DNA from: a virus
Virus record (IMG/VR): IMGVR_UViG_3300008050_000022
Location: 41,938 to 105,937 of that record
DNA: 64,000 nt
Reading direction: 5' to 3' (one strand)
Each line of letters opens with the position of its first letter. The stretch's first letter is position 1. This document shows positions 19,301 through 27,598 of the stretch, piece by piece. The notes beneath the pieces are model-generated. The model saw only the letters and a list, made by a program, of their open reading frames with translations, was not told the DNA's origin and did no database searches. The translations under genes and the position numbers were made by a program.

Positions 19301-21049
19301 TACAGCTCCGGGAGACACCGTGCCCGTAGTGATCTCGAACCCCAAACGGTTTCGATCCACGCCCACCACAGTACATAGAACCTCGGCCACCTTGCCTGTC
19401 GCGAGGTAAGTCACCTCCGCGATCAACACATCGCCTGAGGAGACCCCAAGCTCTTCGAAGTTCAGGGAAGTGGACACCAACGTGTGAGGGATTCGCCATT
19501 CGGCCGCCGAAAGCCCTCCTGTGATCTCCTCACGATCTAGAAGAGCTAGAGACAGCGGACCCGGTCCTACAGGGGGAGCAGGCTGCGCTTCAGAATTCTT
19601 GACCCGACGGATCGTGTACGCCTTCCCATTGACTAGCAGGACTCGGCCCTCTGCAGTGCTGATGGTGGGAAGGGCGAAGGTCACCGATTGGGGGAAGGGG
19701 CCTCTCAGGGGCTGATCCAGGTAGTATCCGTCCCCTGCGGGGGTGATTCCGCTGATCGTGAAACGGCCCGAGTTCGGCGAACCGTACACGTCAATAGTCC
19801 TACCGATTGCCGAGGTGAAAGCGAACCTCTCCCCGGTACGGATCTCGTACGTTCCTAGAACGGTGCCCACCCCTCCCAGACTCTCTGTCCGCAAGGTCGT
19901 GAAGTCCTCGTCAGGTAGGGGCACGGCCACTACATCAGTGAAGGGGGAGTCGTCCTCGTCTTCTACGACCGCATTGGATGCGGAGATCAGGGTGAATGCG
20001 TGCGAGCCCGAAGCACTGAACGTCTGGGAAAGGCGCAATGAGTTGTTGTTGGGGAGTCCTCCGGCAACGCCGATAGCCTCGATACGGAACACGCCGCCGC
20101 CCACTCCGGAGGGCAATCGGATTCCGTCACCCACATCCAGACCTACGACAGCGCTGAAGTCCACTGTTGCTGACAGGGCCACGTCGCTACCCAGAACGAC
20201 TGACAGGTCTCCTACAGGTCCGGAGCCCAACACCTCTACTGCTGGCGCGGGGAACACTGTGGACCTTCGCAGGACGTAGCTCTGTAGATCGTTGCCTACT
20301 CGATCTATGACGTAGTTCCCAGCGTTGGTCCCGAGGCTGGTAAGCACTTGTAGGGTGCGGCCTGCATTCTCCTCTCTAACCGCACCCTGCAGAGCTACGA
20401 AGATACGGGAGTCCAGCACCACCCCGATCAAGGGCTCCCCTACTGCACCGGTAATGGCTGTAGACCCGTCCGCCCGGTTCCCGAAGTGGAAGTAGTGCTG
20501 CGAGGGTTCCAGATCCAGTCGGGGCTCGTAGGCCTCCCATCGCCTCTGGTAGAGATCTTGAATGGAAACGATCGACTTGTTGTAGTCGGTCTGGAATACG
20601 TCGAGGAGCTCCGCAGCAGCTTGCTGCATGTAAGACGACCAGAGAACTGTCAGGGCGTCGGCGTCCTCTATCCCTGACCAAAAATCCCCCAACACCCGGA
20701 AGAAGAACTTGCCGTCGGGAAGAATGTCCGTGCTGGTGGGAGCCTGGATCAGACCTACGTTGACAACACTCTCTGCTCTAACACTGTCAAGGGTGCCGTC
20801 ATTGACGACTAGTCCGACTACGTAAGGACCTCGGATGTCAGGCGAGTACGTGGCTACCCCATCCAGGATCTCTACCAGGTCTGCGTCTACCAGCCTCGAG
20901 CCCAGGGGGCGAGACACGAATGACCAGGAGTACGTGAGCGCGTCACCGTCAGGGTCTACGCTGGCTCGGCCGTCCAGCCGGACGGTCACCCCCGTCACAG
21001 CACGCTGCTCGGCTGGACGGATTACGGCGGTGGGAGGTAGTCCAGGCAC
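16334..21049 (-). CDS. Large baseplate wedge-like protein with N-terminal PKD/Ig domain
   Basis: VRLDGRASVDPDGDALTYSWSFVSRP (PKD-like); YREAVLGLMYAWANGP...IRLGVQILLGLP; many beta-rich repeats. Confidence 0.7.
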   Translation of the reverse strand: MPGLPPTAVIRPAEQRAVTGVTVRLDGRASVDPDGDALTYSWSFVSRPLGSRLVDADLVEILDGVATYSPDIRGPYVVGLVVNDGTLDSVRAESVVNVGLIQAPTSTDILPDGKFFFRVLGDFWSGIEDADALTVLWSSYMQQAAAELLDVFQTDYNKSIVSIQDLYQRRWEAYEPRLDLEPSQHYFHFGNRADGSTAITGAVGEPLIGVVLDSRIFVALQGAVREENAGRTLQVLTSLGTNAGNYVIDRVGNDLQSYVLRRSTVFPAPAVEVLGSGPVGDLSVVLGSDVALSATVDFSAVVGLDVGDGIRLPSGVGGGVFRIEAIGVAGGLPNNNSLRLSQTFSASGSHAFTLISASNAVVEDEDDSPFTDVVAVPLPDEDFTTLRTESLGGVGTVLGTYEIRTGERFAFTSAIGRTIDVYGSPNSGRFTISGITPAGDGYYLDQPLRGPFPQSVTFALPTISTAEGRVLLVNGKAYTIRRVKNSEAQPAPPVGPGPLSLALLDREEITGGLSAAEWRIPHTLVSTSLNFEELGVSSGDVLIAEVTYLATGKVAEVLCTVVGVDRNRLGFEITTGTVSPGAVLDLTDVEIEALAESLGVAGATRNGLGDLVLEGDAASLNTGVRSYQFSAMYHNIPVEFGEPVTIAGHTFYVAAQGIIRNSLILVDEKTRAIPGLREYIATPFVSLQDGDVHVASRDGALTQVPNIPVSLTENLEYVVDGEMDFSGRDGATTLGSPTFTSAAGRFLSRNVRIGDTLKVLELDYTIVQVLSETQLQVLNSLTGAAFLFTDTALPYTLERSTSGTFIRFVPGTFSVTAPAPDRLWAEVTFLDNSEVIEDNFGMMVSFSEEDLSSRNTSSTTYREAVLGLMYAWANGPKEGNIRLGVQILLGLPVADVRGQILDIKEDYSLDPDTGLPSLGRILVEDLDDDGVGTGLVRIYFFPPLNADDVVDFAGLETNPATGETYKVGDTVERFAALSKGVVVSDYVNDPDWWKGEYHQGASSAELQKYHRWSLRASIDVVNPDDLDLAAQFVKVFDPAWVDVVAKMVKPLTDDMEIQDTLYTHGKQYLTDDIFPIEATAQLDAHNGLGFHLNFLGAPPLMSRQMFAGWDLVTPDGAGATATVSSVRGGFQAPLANAPHPAYSALTVWHNDPLVRAGDLLYIPLGQNAGWYEVDSVSSDTDLVIKQHTTYPFAAPGVDGLQADTAQTFFVYRPTGYEITNGSKLTMSAGVNTVVDGLNGFYTEGVAVGDKLIIWDTANREVYTITEMINPGIGPNPWETTSGVFPWTTLRIDPTPAASSSAVYSIVRECLRTNPILSGQKNMATVAGSNQVSVAAQNFDLELLQTFDELRILDGPSAGTYQVLDVISATELYVRPPPPANYGGADWEIRRTKGLGEGGGMLLNQLKHWSLKDQLTLVMERPRAVVGALTGIADVTASGRVLSSAGTDFQAGGAAIGHYVQVVGDNSGVYKIAGVSGNDLTLETDLQTSVVPATVEVLDDDLAFTIAGDTVTYLGGDLVNNQLNPGDLFEILDGVDAGQYVISTVTAATTFDLTNAPAPAGAVTGRLLRVVR

Positions 21050-21074
21050 TAGATGCTCGTGCTAGCCTTCAGGA

Positions 21075-21353
21075 ATGCTGGTTGAAATGACTGAAGAGGA
21101 GTTGTTGGCCGCCCTTGAGGGAGAGGAGTGCATCCTAGACCAGGTGGCTCAGCCCGGACTAGACGCTGTGAAGTCGGCAACCTGCCCGGAGTGCGGGGCT
21201 CGCCCCCTCCCCATGGTTGATCCGCACAACCCTCTGCATGCATTCTTGCCGACATTCAACTACGTCGCCAACTGCCCGGACTGCGGGTGCCAGTTCAGCC
21301 CACAGAGTGGAGTGATACGGAAAGTAGGAGGGTTCAGCCCGATCATCACCTGA
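21075..21353 (+). CDS. Zn-ribbon protein on the opposite strand inside the virion operon
   Basis: CPECG...CPDCG; fills the gap between two - strand genes; TAGCCT-N6-ATG upstream. Confidence 0.7.
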   Translation: MLVEMTEEELLAALEGEECILDQVAQPGLDAVKSATCPECGARPLPMVDPHNPLHAFLPTFNYVANCPDCGCQFSPQSGVIRKVGGFSPIIT

Positions 21354-24300
21354 ACCTTGCTGCCGTGGTCTCTTGCGTGAGCTTCAACTGCTCCCCCGGC
21401 TCCGCCGCATCGCCCGAGCCAGAAGCTATCACAGTCCCTGGAATGAAGAAGCTGATCCGGTTGCTGCCGTTGAAGAAGTAAGGCTCGTCCCCTCCCAGGC
21501 GGTCCCGAGACCTGTTCCCTACCAGCCGCCGGTTGATGTCGTGCGTAACGGCTACCAGGTAGATGTCGTGCGCCCAGTCGTTCGCCCCGTTGTTGTCCAA
21601 CACCTTCTCGATCTGCGTTGCCAGGCTCAGCGGGTCTACAGGCGAGAGAAGGTTGATCGCTGACTGAATCTTCTCCCCCATCACTGACGGCGCGCTTCCA
21701 CCGGTGTAGCGGATCTCCGCACTGATGTACGACGGCAGGAAGTGCCTTCCTACAGGGTTGGCACAGACCGTTCGCTCCTTGGGAGAGATGAGGAATCTGT
21801 GGATCTGGTTCACTAGTGGGGAGTGATCGTACTGAATCTGCAGGCTCTGTCCGTGCAGCGGAATCGTCTGGGTCAGACGATCTTCTCTTCCTATCGGCAA
21901 GAAGCTGGGGGAGAGCATGAGCTTCACTCTCTCGAGGGTGGAGAAGGTGAAGTTGGGATCCTCGACTTCGTAGTAGTACCCGTCTGCCTGGTACGTGCCG
22001 AACACTGCCTCGAACCGCTGCTCGGCTGGGACGTTGTGCACCTCGTCGGTTCCGAGAGCCCGAACGGCCACGTCGAAGTAGTACAGGGCCCCTTCCCGCT
22101 GCGCCTCCATGCGGGTGGAGGAGATCCTCTGTACACCTGGACGCACAATGCGGAAAGGCTGGGTAGTCCCTGCCCGAGGTGTAGCTGCCGGGGCAGTGGG
22201 GCTCCACACGGAGAAGGTGGTGCCTGCCGTGAGAGAGGAGCCTACGCCCACTACCGTAAACCGCTTTGCCGAGCCCTCGTAGATCCGCACGGCCCTTGCT
22301 GCGACGAGCTCCGTGCCTCCAGCAGTGGTGGAGGGAGGATCGACTAGTGGGGCGGCGGTGATGGCCCAGATCACTGCATTGTCGTCAACGGTGAAACTGC
22401 CTGCAGGGATGTCAAGGTCTACATAGTTCCCGCCTGCGTGTACAGCGGTGATCTCATATGACCCGTTGGACTGGGGCTCGTCCGACATCATGATCGTCAG
22501 GAACTTGCCCACGTCCGTGGACTGGAAGGGGTTCGAGTTGTCCCAGAACCGGGAAGGGAGCGCTCCTGAGCCAGCGTAGAAGCCTACGCCGCCACTCTTC
22601 TCGATCGACAGGGTCGTCTCCGTGAGAGGTCGGTCGAGCTCGAGCTGATAGGCATTGACGATCTTGGTGACGACGTAGCCGCCCTTGTCTGCTCCACCCT
22701 CGATGAAGAAGAGGTCACCTACCTCCACCAGATCCCGCAGGTCTACAGTGGGGATCAGCGTACGCAGAGCAAGGGTGACGACATTGCTCCCGAAACGTGT
22801 GGTGAAGGCCGGAATGTGGTCGGTGTCGTCAGTAGACGGGGCACTGGGTAGTACAAACACCTCCTCATGAATCTCGATCTCGTCTCGGTACTGCCGAATG
22901 CCCTCGAGGATGGGAGCGTCTCGGTCCGCCCCTATCAAGGTTAGCGCCGTGAAGGTGTTGTCTCCGTTGATCGTTGCTGTTCCTACTGCCAAATCTCGAG
23001 GGTACGCCTGCGGCTGAGTAACTGCTGCCTCGTCTTGGGAAGGGATCACGGGATGCGGGTCGGCGTCGGGGTCGGCGCCGAACAGCACCTCCAACGCGCC
23101 TACCGTGGTGGTGAAGAGGGTGGGTCTAGAGGCTGGTAGGACTACAGGGGTGGGATCTGGAGACGTGGTGGGATCGTAGAAGACGACGCACCTACCGCCG
23201 CTATCCACCTCTACCGAGGTGGGCTCGGTGAAGTACAGCCGCATCGTGCCAGCACAAGTGGATGGACCAACGCAATACGGGACGCTAGACCCGTTCATGA
23301 GACCTGCGAAGAACTCCGATGCCGTGAGGTCGAACGTCCCTGAGATGTCCATCCCCAAGGATTCCAGCGCCTCTAGGATCCACTTGAAGAATTCAACCAA
23401 CACGTCGAAGGGGTCTGTGGGATCGCCATAGCTGTCGTAGCAGACGTCGAAGTCGGGAGCCTCGGGCGGAGAGGGAACGAGCGGGAACCCAAACGCGAAC
23501 AGATCGCAGAAGGGCTTCCACGGGTCCACAGGGAACTGCCCTCGGATACCTACGGCGCACAGCTTCAGCACGGAGCGGAAGGCGTCCATGCCGTCTTCAA
23601 GCGAGCTGGTCAAGCTGATGAACTTCGCCTGATCTGCTGGCGACATGTTGACTAGGTCAGCCCTCGCAAAGCCCGTCACTGCCGCAGACAGGTCTACCGA
23701 ATCCTCATCACCCGCCAAGGCGATCAGCAGGTTGATGAGACCGAAGACGTCCTGACCTTCCGCAGCTCCGGCAAGCATGGCCAAGCCGACGCCGCTTCCC
23801 AGAGGAGTGGTGTCGAGGGAAAGCTCGTAGACGCTAGCAACATCATAGCCCCCCGCATTCGGCCCATCAGTGAGCACGAGAGTGTCTCCCACCAGAGAGG
23901 AACACAGAGCCGGACCGGTGCGGGGCAGCATGTTCAGGATGTCTGCCACCAGCTGCTGGGCTTCAGCGCTGTCTAGCGTGTCCGGCGTGCCCGACTTGAT
24001 GAGCTTGAACCAGTCCGACAGCGCCCTGAACAACTTGACCAGGTCCACATCGGGCATGGCCATGAACAGGTTACTGCAGCAGCCGATCAGCTCCTTGGGA
24101 ACACAGATCTCGAACTGCACGAAGGGGGTGAGGCCATCGGTGAGGAAGTCCCCTGTGAGCAGGGTCATGTTCCAGTTGATGACCATCTTGTCGTCTTCGA
24201 CTTGGAAGATGGGCGGAGTACCTGCGATGAAGGAGGGGAAGAAGGCTGCGATGGTCGTGGTGAGCCAGTCAGCTATCTCGTTGACGTAGTCCTGCCCCGT

Positions 24301-26592
24301 CGATGGAAGGCCCCAGTTGACGGAGATCTCATCCGGATGGACCGTCACACAGAAGATGTACCCGTCGCAGTCCAAGCACTCCGACGTGTAGTAGTCCTGC
24401 CGCCCCAGCATGGACGCCGCGATGACTTCGAAGTCGGGGGCAGCTGGGTTCAAGGCCAGGAAGGAGCTCAGGCTGGGAGGGCAAGCCGCTCCCATGTTCT
24501 CGAACGCTAGCCCGAGGCTCGGAACCGTGAACCCCAGCGTTCCACATGCCGTGGTGTCCGCTCCCGTGAACGCCTGGTTAGTACGAGCCTCTACAGGCAG
24601 GGCGTAGGGCACGTTGATGTCGGAGGGCTGCCCGGTGCTATCCAGAAGCGTTACGCCCTTGGGAGGGATACGTACTAGGGGAAGCTGGATCCCCGACTGG
24701 GAGGTGTAGACCTCGTAAGTCAGGTTCGACGCGCTGTCCGTCAGTGTCCGGTCTACGATCGGGGTGGCCCCGCCGCCCAGGGTATCGAACCCCCGGATGA
24801 CGTAGTCTCCGGCGTCGTCCCCGTCCTTGATCTTGATGATGTCGCCTACCGCTACTCCGTACGAGATCAGATTGACCGTGACGATGAGAACACTCGAACC
24901 GATCACCGTACTCAGATCTGCTCCGCCGACTCCTCCGAAGGGGATCTTCAAGATCTTGGGCTCGATCGGGTCGAACTCGAGGTCGGTTACGACGGAGAAG
25001 GGGAGACCGATCTCGTCAGCAACCAGATCGACGTCCAGCACTAGCTGGAGGGGTGTGACATCGAGGATGCGGTACACGCCTGCGTCAGCACCGCCCTTCA
25101 GGACTAGGTACATCCCGATCTGAACACCCAAATCCTCCCAATCCACCGTGATGTCCGAGGACGTGACGATGTTGGGGAACGCCCCAGACCCTGCAGTTAC
25201 GAGCGTGGTCATGGACACTAGAGGCGACTCGTCACTGATGTTGGTGACGGACATCGTGCTTCGCACATCCTTGGTAGGCCGCACGAATACGTCGTGGTGT
25301 CCACCGATATGAACTACCTCATCTAGTATTTCGAGCTCCCCTGAGCCGGTATTGGGGGCCTGGATCCCTCCCGGTATGTCAGAGATCGTCAGCTTTCCTG
25401 GGCCCGTAATGATCGCGTTCACGGCTGGTAGGAACCCGGGCAACGAGCCCAAGATGGCAGAGGTCGGAGTCGGAGACTTGTCCAGCCGGAACAGCAAGAT
25501 GTTGGGGAGGTTGGCGATCACGTCCTGACTGTCGAAGACGATCGAGTCGATTTCGAACTTCTCTTTACTGGACGCCGGCGGCAGGCCGTACAGGAGCTTC
25601 CCGTAGTTGAGGACCACCTCCATACCTACAGCGACCTTGTCCGTCCCCAGCAGGCCCCGGTCTTCCCAACCTGCGAAGAAGAGGACGAAGGTACCAAATA
25701 CGAACGCCTTGCCAGCTGCCCGTACTGACCCCTGCCCGCCCCCGGTCATGCGGTCTCGCTGCATCTCGGGGTCGTTGTACCCAACCACCTGCACGCTGTT
25801 GATCGTAGGGAAGGATCCCGCTAGCCGGGACTCGATGCCCCTGGCGTTGGTAGTAGATCGCTCAGTCAGGGACTTCCTACCTCGAGCCACTAGCTGCGCG
25901 TTGGTCTCCCTGGACCGCCCAGTCGAGGCTCTGGCCGGGTTAGTGACTCTCACCACGTTGGGGATGTCTTGCACCCGCACCAGTTGACCAGGAGTGATCT
26001 CGTACTGCGGTCCGGTCTGTTCTGCCCTCAGATGGAAGTCGGCGTAGTACAGGTCGCCGAACCGCTGGGCGGCCATCGTTGCCGCTGTAACAGCCTGAGG
26101 CTCGGGCGGGAAGAAGTTCAGACCGTTCGTTGTGGAGAACTGCGTGACAGGGGCCACGGAAACGAACGTCGGGTTCGAGAAGAAGACTCGCCCGGTCACA
26201 GAAGCATACTGCCCCGTCCGCCTCTCAACGAACCAGTTCGCCATGAGGTCGTCTGCGTCGTGCTCGGTCAGTAGCTCCGACCGTCGGACAGACTGTCGCT
26301 GCTTGGAGCGGAGGATCTGCTCCTTGAGGGCCCCAAGAGTCAGAGCCAGCGGCTTCGTCACCATGTCTGCGAAGGGACTGCCCTCGTCCACGTTGAGGCT
26401 GGGGTACTCCTGGCGGATGCGATCCTCTACGAAGGTACGCGTAGGAGTAGTGAGGGGGTCCGGCCCGAGAGCGTCCAGGATGGGGGAGATCACCTGGGAG
26501 TAGAAAGGCGACCCCTCAGCCACGTCCATAGTGGCGTCGAAGCGGAGAGCGTTGAGCTGTAGAAGCTCCTTGATGTCTTGTCGAAGAGCCAT
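21346..26592 (-). CDS. Baseplate J/gp6-like wedge protein with a very large insertion (1748 aa)
   Basis: N-terminal ANWFVERRTG..AS...RVFF...F.T..GL.F...RAEQTG..Y.I.PG...VTNP...GRSRETNAQL..R is baseplate J-like; adjacent to a gp25-like gene. Confidence 0.8.
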   Translation of the reverse strand: MALRQDIKELLQLNALRFDATMDVAEGSPFYSQVISPILDALGPDPLTTPTRTFVEDRIRQEYPSLNVDEGSPFADMVTKPLALTLGALKEQILRSKQRQSVRRSELLTEHDADDLMANWFVERRTGQYASVTGRVFFSNPTFVSVAPVTQFSTTNGLNFFPPEPQAVTAATMAAQRFGDLYYADFHLRAEQTGPQYEITPGQLVRVQDIPNVVRVTNPARASTGRSRETNAQLVARGRKSLTERSTTNARGIESRLAGSFPTINSVQVVGYNDPEMQRDRMTGGGQGSVRAAGKAFVFGTFVLFFAGWEDRGLLGTDKVAVGMEVVLNYGKLLYGLPPASSKEKFEIDSIVFDSQDVIANLPNILLFRLDKSPTPTSAILGSLPGFLPAVNAIITGPGKLTISDIPGGIQAPNTGSGELEILDEVVHIGGHHDVFVRPTKDVRSTMSVTNISDESPLVSMTTLVTAGSGAFPNIVTSSDITVDWEDLGVQIGMYLVLKGGADAGVYRILDVTPLQLVLDVDLVADEIGLPFSVVTDLEFDPIEPKILKIPFGGVGGADLSTVIGSSVLIVTVNLISYGVAVGDIIKIKDGDDAGDYVIRGFDTLGGGATPIVDRTLTDSASNLTYEVYTSQSGIQLPLVRIPPKGVTLLDSTGQPSDINVPYALPVEARTNQAFTGADTTACGTLGFTVPSLGLAFENMGAACPPSLSSFLALNPAAPDFEVIAASMLGRQDYYTSECLDCDGYIFCVTVHPDEISVNWGLPSTGQDYVNEIADWLTTTIAAFFPSFIAGTPPIFQVEDDKMVINWNMTLLTGDFLTDGLTPFVQFEICVPKELIGCCSNLFMAMPDVDLVKLFRALSDWFKLIKSGTPDTLDSAEAQQLVADILNMLPRTGPALCSSLVGDTLVLTDGPNAGGYDVASVYELSLDTTPLGSGVGLAMLAGAAEGQDVFGLINLLIALAGDEDSVDLSAAVTGFARADLVNMSPADQAKFISLTSSLEDGMDAFRSVLKLCAVGIRGQFPVDPWKPFCDLFAFGFPLVPSPPEAPDFDVCYDSYGDPTDPFDVLVEFFKWILEALESLGMDISGTFDLTASEFFAGLMNGSSVPYCVGPSTCAGTMRLYFTEPTSVEVDSGGRCVVFYDPTTSPDPTPVVLPASRPTLFTTTVGALEVLFGADPDADPHPVIPSQDEAAVTQPQAYPRDLAVGTATINGDNTFTALTLIGADRDAPILEGIRQYRDEIEIHEEVFVLPSAPSTDDTDHIPAFTTRFGSNVVTLALRTLIPTVDLRDLVEVGDLFFIEGGADKGGYVVTKIVNAYQLELDRPLTETTLSIEKSGGVGFYAGSGALPSRFWDNSNPFQSTDVGKFLTIMMSDEPQSNGSYEITAVHAGGNYVDLDIPAGSFTVDDNAVIWAITAAPLVDPPSTTAGGTELVAARAVRIYEGSAKRFTVVGVGSSLTAGTTFSVWSPTAPAATPRAGTTQPFRIVRPGVQRISSTRMEAQREGALYYFDVAVRALGTDEVHNVPAEQRFEAVFGTYQADGYYYEVEDPNFTFSTLERVKLMLSPSFLPIGREDRLTQTIPLHGQSLQIQYDHSPLVNQIHRFLISPKERTVCANPVGRHFLPSYISAEIRYTGGSAPSVMGEKIQSAINLLSPVDPLSLATQIEKVLDNNGANDWAHDIYLVAVTHDINRRLVGNRSRDRLGGDEPYFFNGSNRISFFIPGTVIASGSGDAAEPGEQLKLTQETTAARFR

Positions 26593-27236
26593 TACGCCAC
26601 CAGGTTCACTAGGGCAGCATCTCCTGCCATTGAGATCAGCTCGACCCGTCCCTGCAAGGTTCCGGACTGCGGTTCGAAGCTTACAGATACCACCCGGGCA
26701 GCGGCCAGCCTTTCATCCGCTGGGAGGGTGACGCGATTAGCCTGCAGTTCCAGGATCTGGCTCTTTGTTCGAGCGACGGCTTGAACGAACGAGGTCTTGA
26801 GGTCAGGGCGAGTTGGGGCCCCTGCTACCTGGCCCACCAGGGCCAGCAAGTTCCCTCCGATGTCGGGGCGGTACACGTCCCGGCCAGGCGTGGTCAACAG
26901 CACCTTCGTGAAGAGCTGCGCTAGAGACATGAGCCCCGACAGGAGTCCTGTCTCTAGCTTCGGCTTGATGATGCTTCGCTCCGTGAGGGTAAACGTGCTG
27001 CTAAGTACTTGGATCGTACGAAGGCGATCATCCCGAAGCTGTTCGGGACGATCAACTAGCAGCACGGAAGAAGAGAAGATCGCAAAGGTGGTCACTACGC
27101 CGTTGAGCAGCACTTCGGTGACTTTTCGGAAGTCTACTCCGGTGACTTTGTAGAGGACGGGGTACGTACTAGCGATCACCTCCACCCTGCTGACAGGGAC
27201 TATGTCCTGGACCGAGATGATTTGCAGATCGCTCAT
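26592..27236 (-). CDS. gp25-like baseplate/sheath initiator with N-terminal Ig-like domain
   Basis: LAQLFTKVLLTTPGRDVYRPDIGGNL...ERL is the GPW/gp25 pattern. Confidence 0.75.
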   Translation of the reverse strand: MSDLQIISVQDIVPVSRVEVIASTYPVLYKVTGVDFRKVTEVLLNGVVTTFAIFSSSVLLVDRPEQLRDDRLRTIQVLSSTFTLTERSIIKPKLETGLLSGLMSLAQLFTKVLLTTPGRDVYRPDIGGNLLALVGQVAGAPTRPDLKTSFVQAVARTKSQILELQANRVTLPADERLAAARVVSVSFEPQSGTLQGRVELISMAGDAALVNLVA

Positions 27237-27598
27237 TGTTCCTGAGTCTCCAGCTGCCGAGCGCTCTCCTTCTGCTCGGCAGCGTCCCGCAGAACCCCCC
27301 GCACTGCAGCGATTGCCCCGGTGTCCGGATCCAGCAATCGCTCTTCCAGGCTATCTAGCTTCTGTAGCACCCCTACTCCCCAAGACCCCACCGTGCGAGT
27401 GTTCTGAGACTGGGCGGTGTTTCCCTGTGCTTCCTGGTCGCTGTCTAGGAAGAGGAGCTGTTCCACGATGAGCTCCTCCATCGTAACGGCGGACAGGGCT
27501 TCAGCGGTCTCGCGGCCTCGAACAAAGGAGTACCCGTCACTGAGGGCACGTCGTACCTCCCGGGGAATGGGATCGTCATCCGACGTTTGCTCAGCCAC
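27233..27598 (-). CDS. Hypothetical protein
   Basis: Coupled ORF in the virion operon. Confidence 0.65.
   Translation of the reverse strand: MAEQTSDDDPIPREVRRALSDGYSFVRGRETAEALSAVTMEELIVEQLLFLDSDQEAQGNTAQSQNTRTVGSWGVGVLQKLDSLEERLLDPDTGAIAAVRGVLRDAAEQKESARQLETQEQ

Noticed and set aside
16334-21049. Host assignment to Myxococcota from the PKD-domain style and GC content
   Set aside because: Suggestive only; it needs spacer matches or phylogeny, which cannot be run here.
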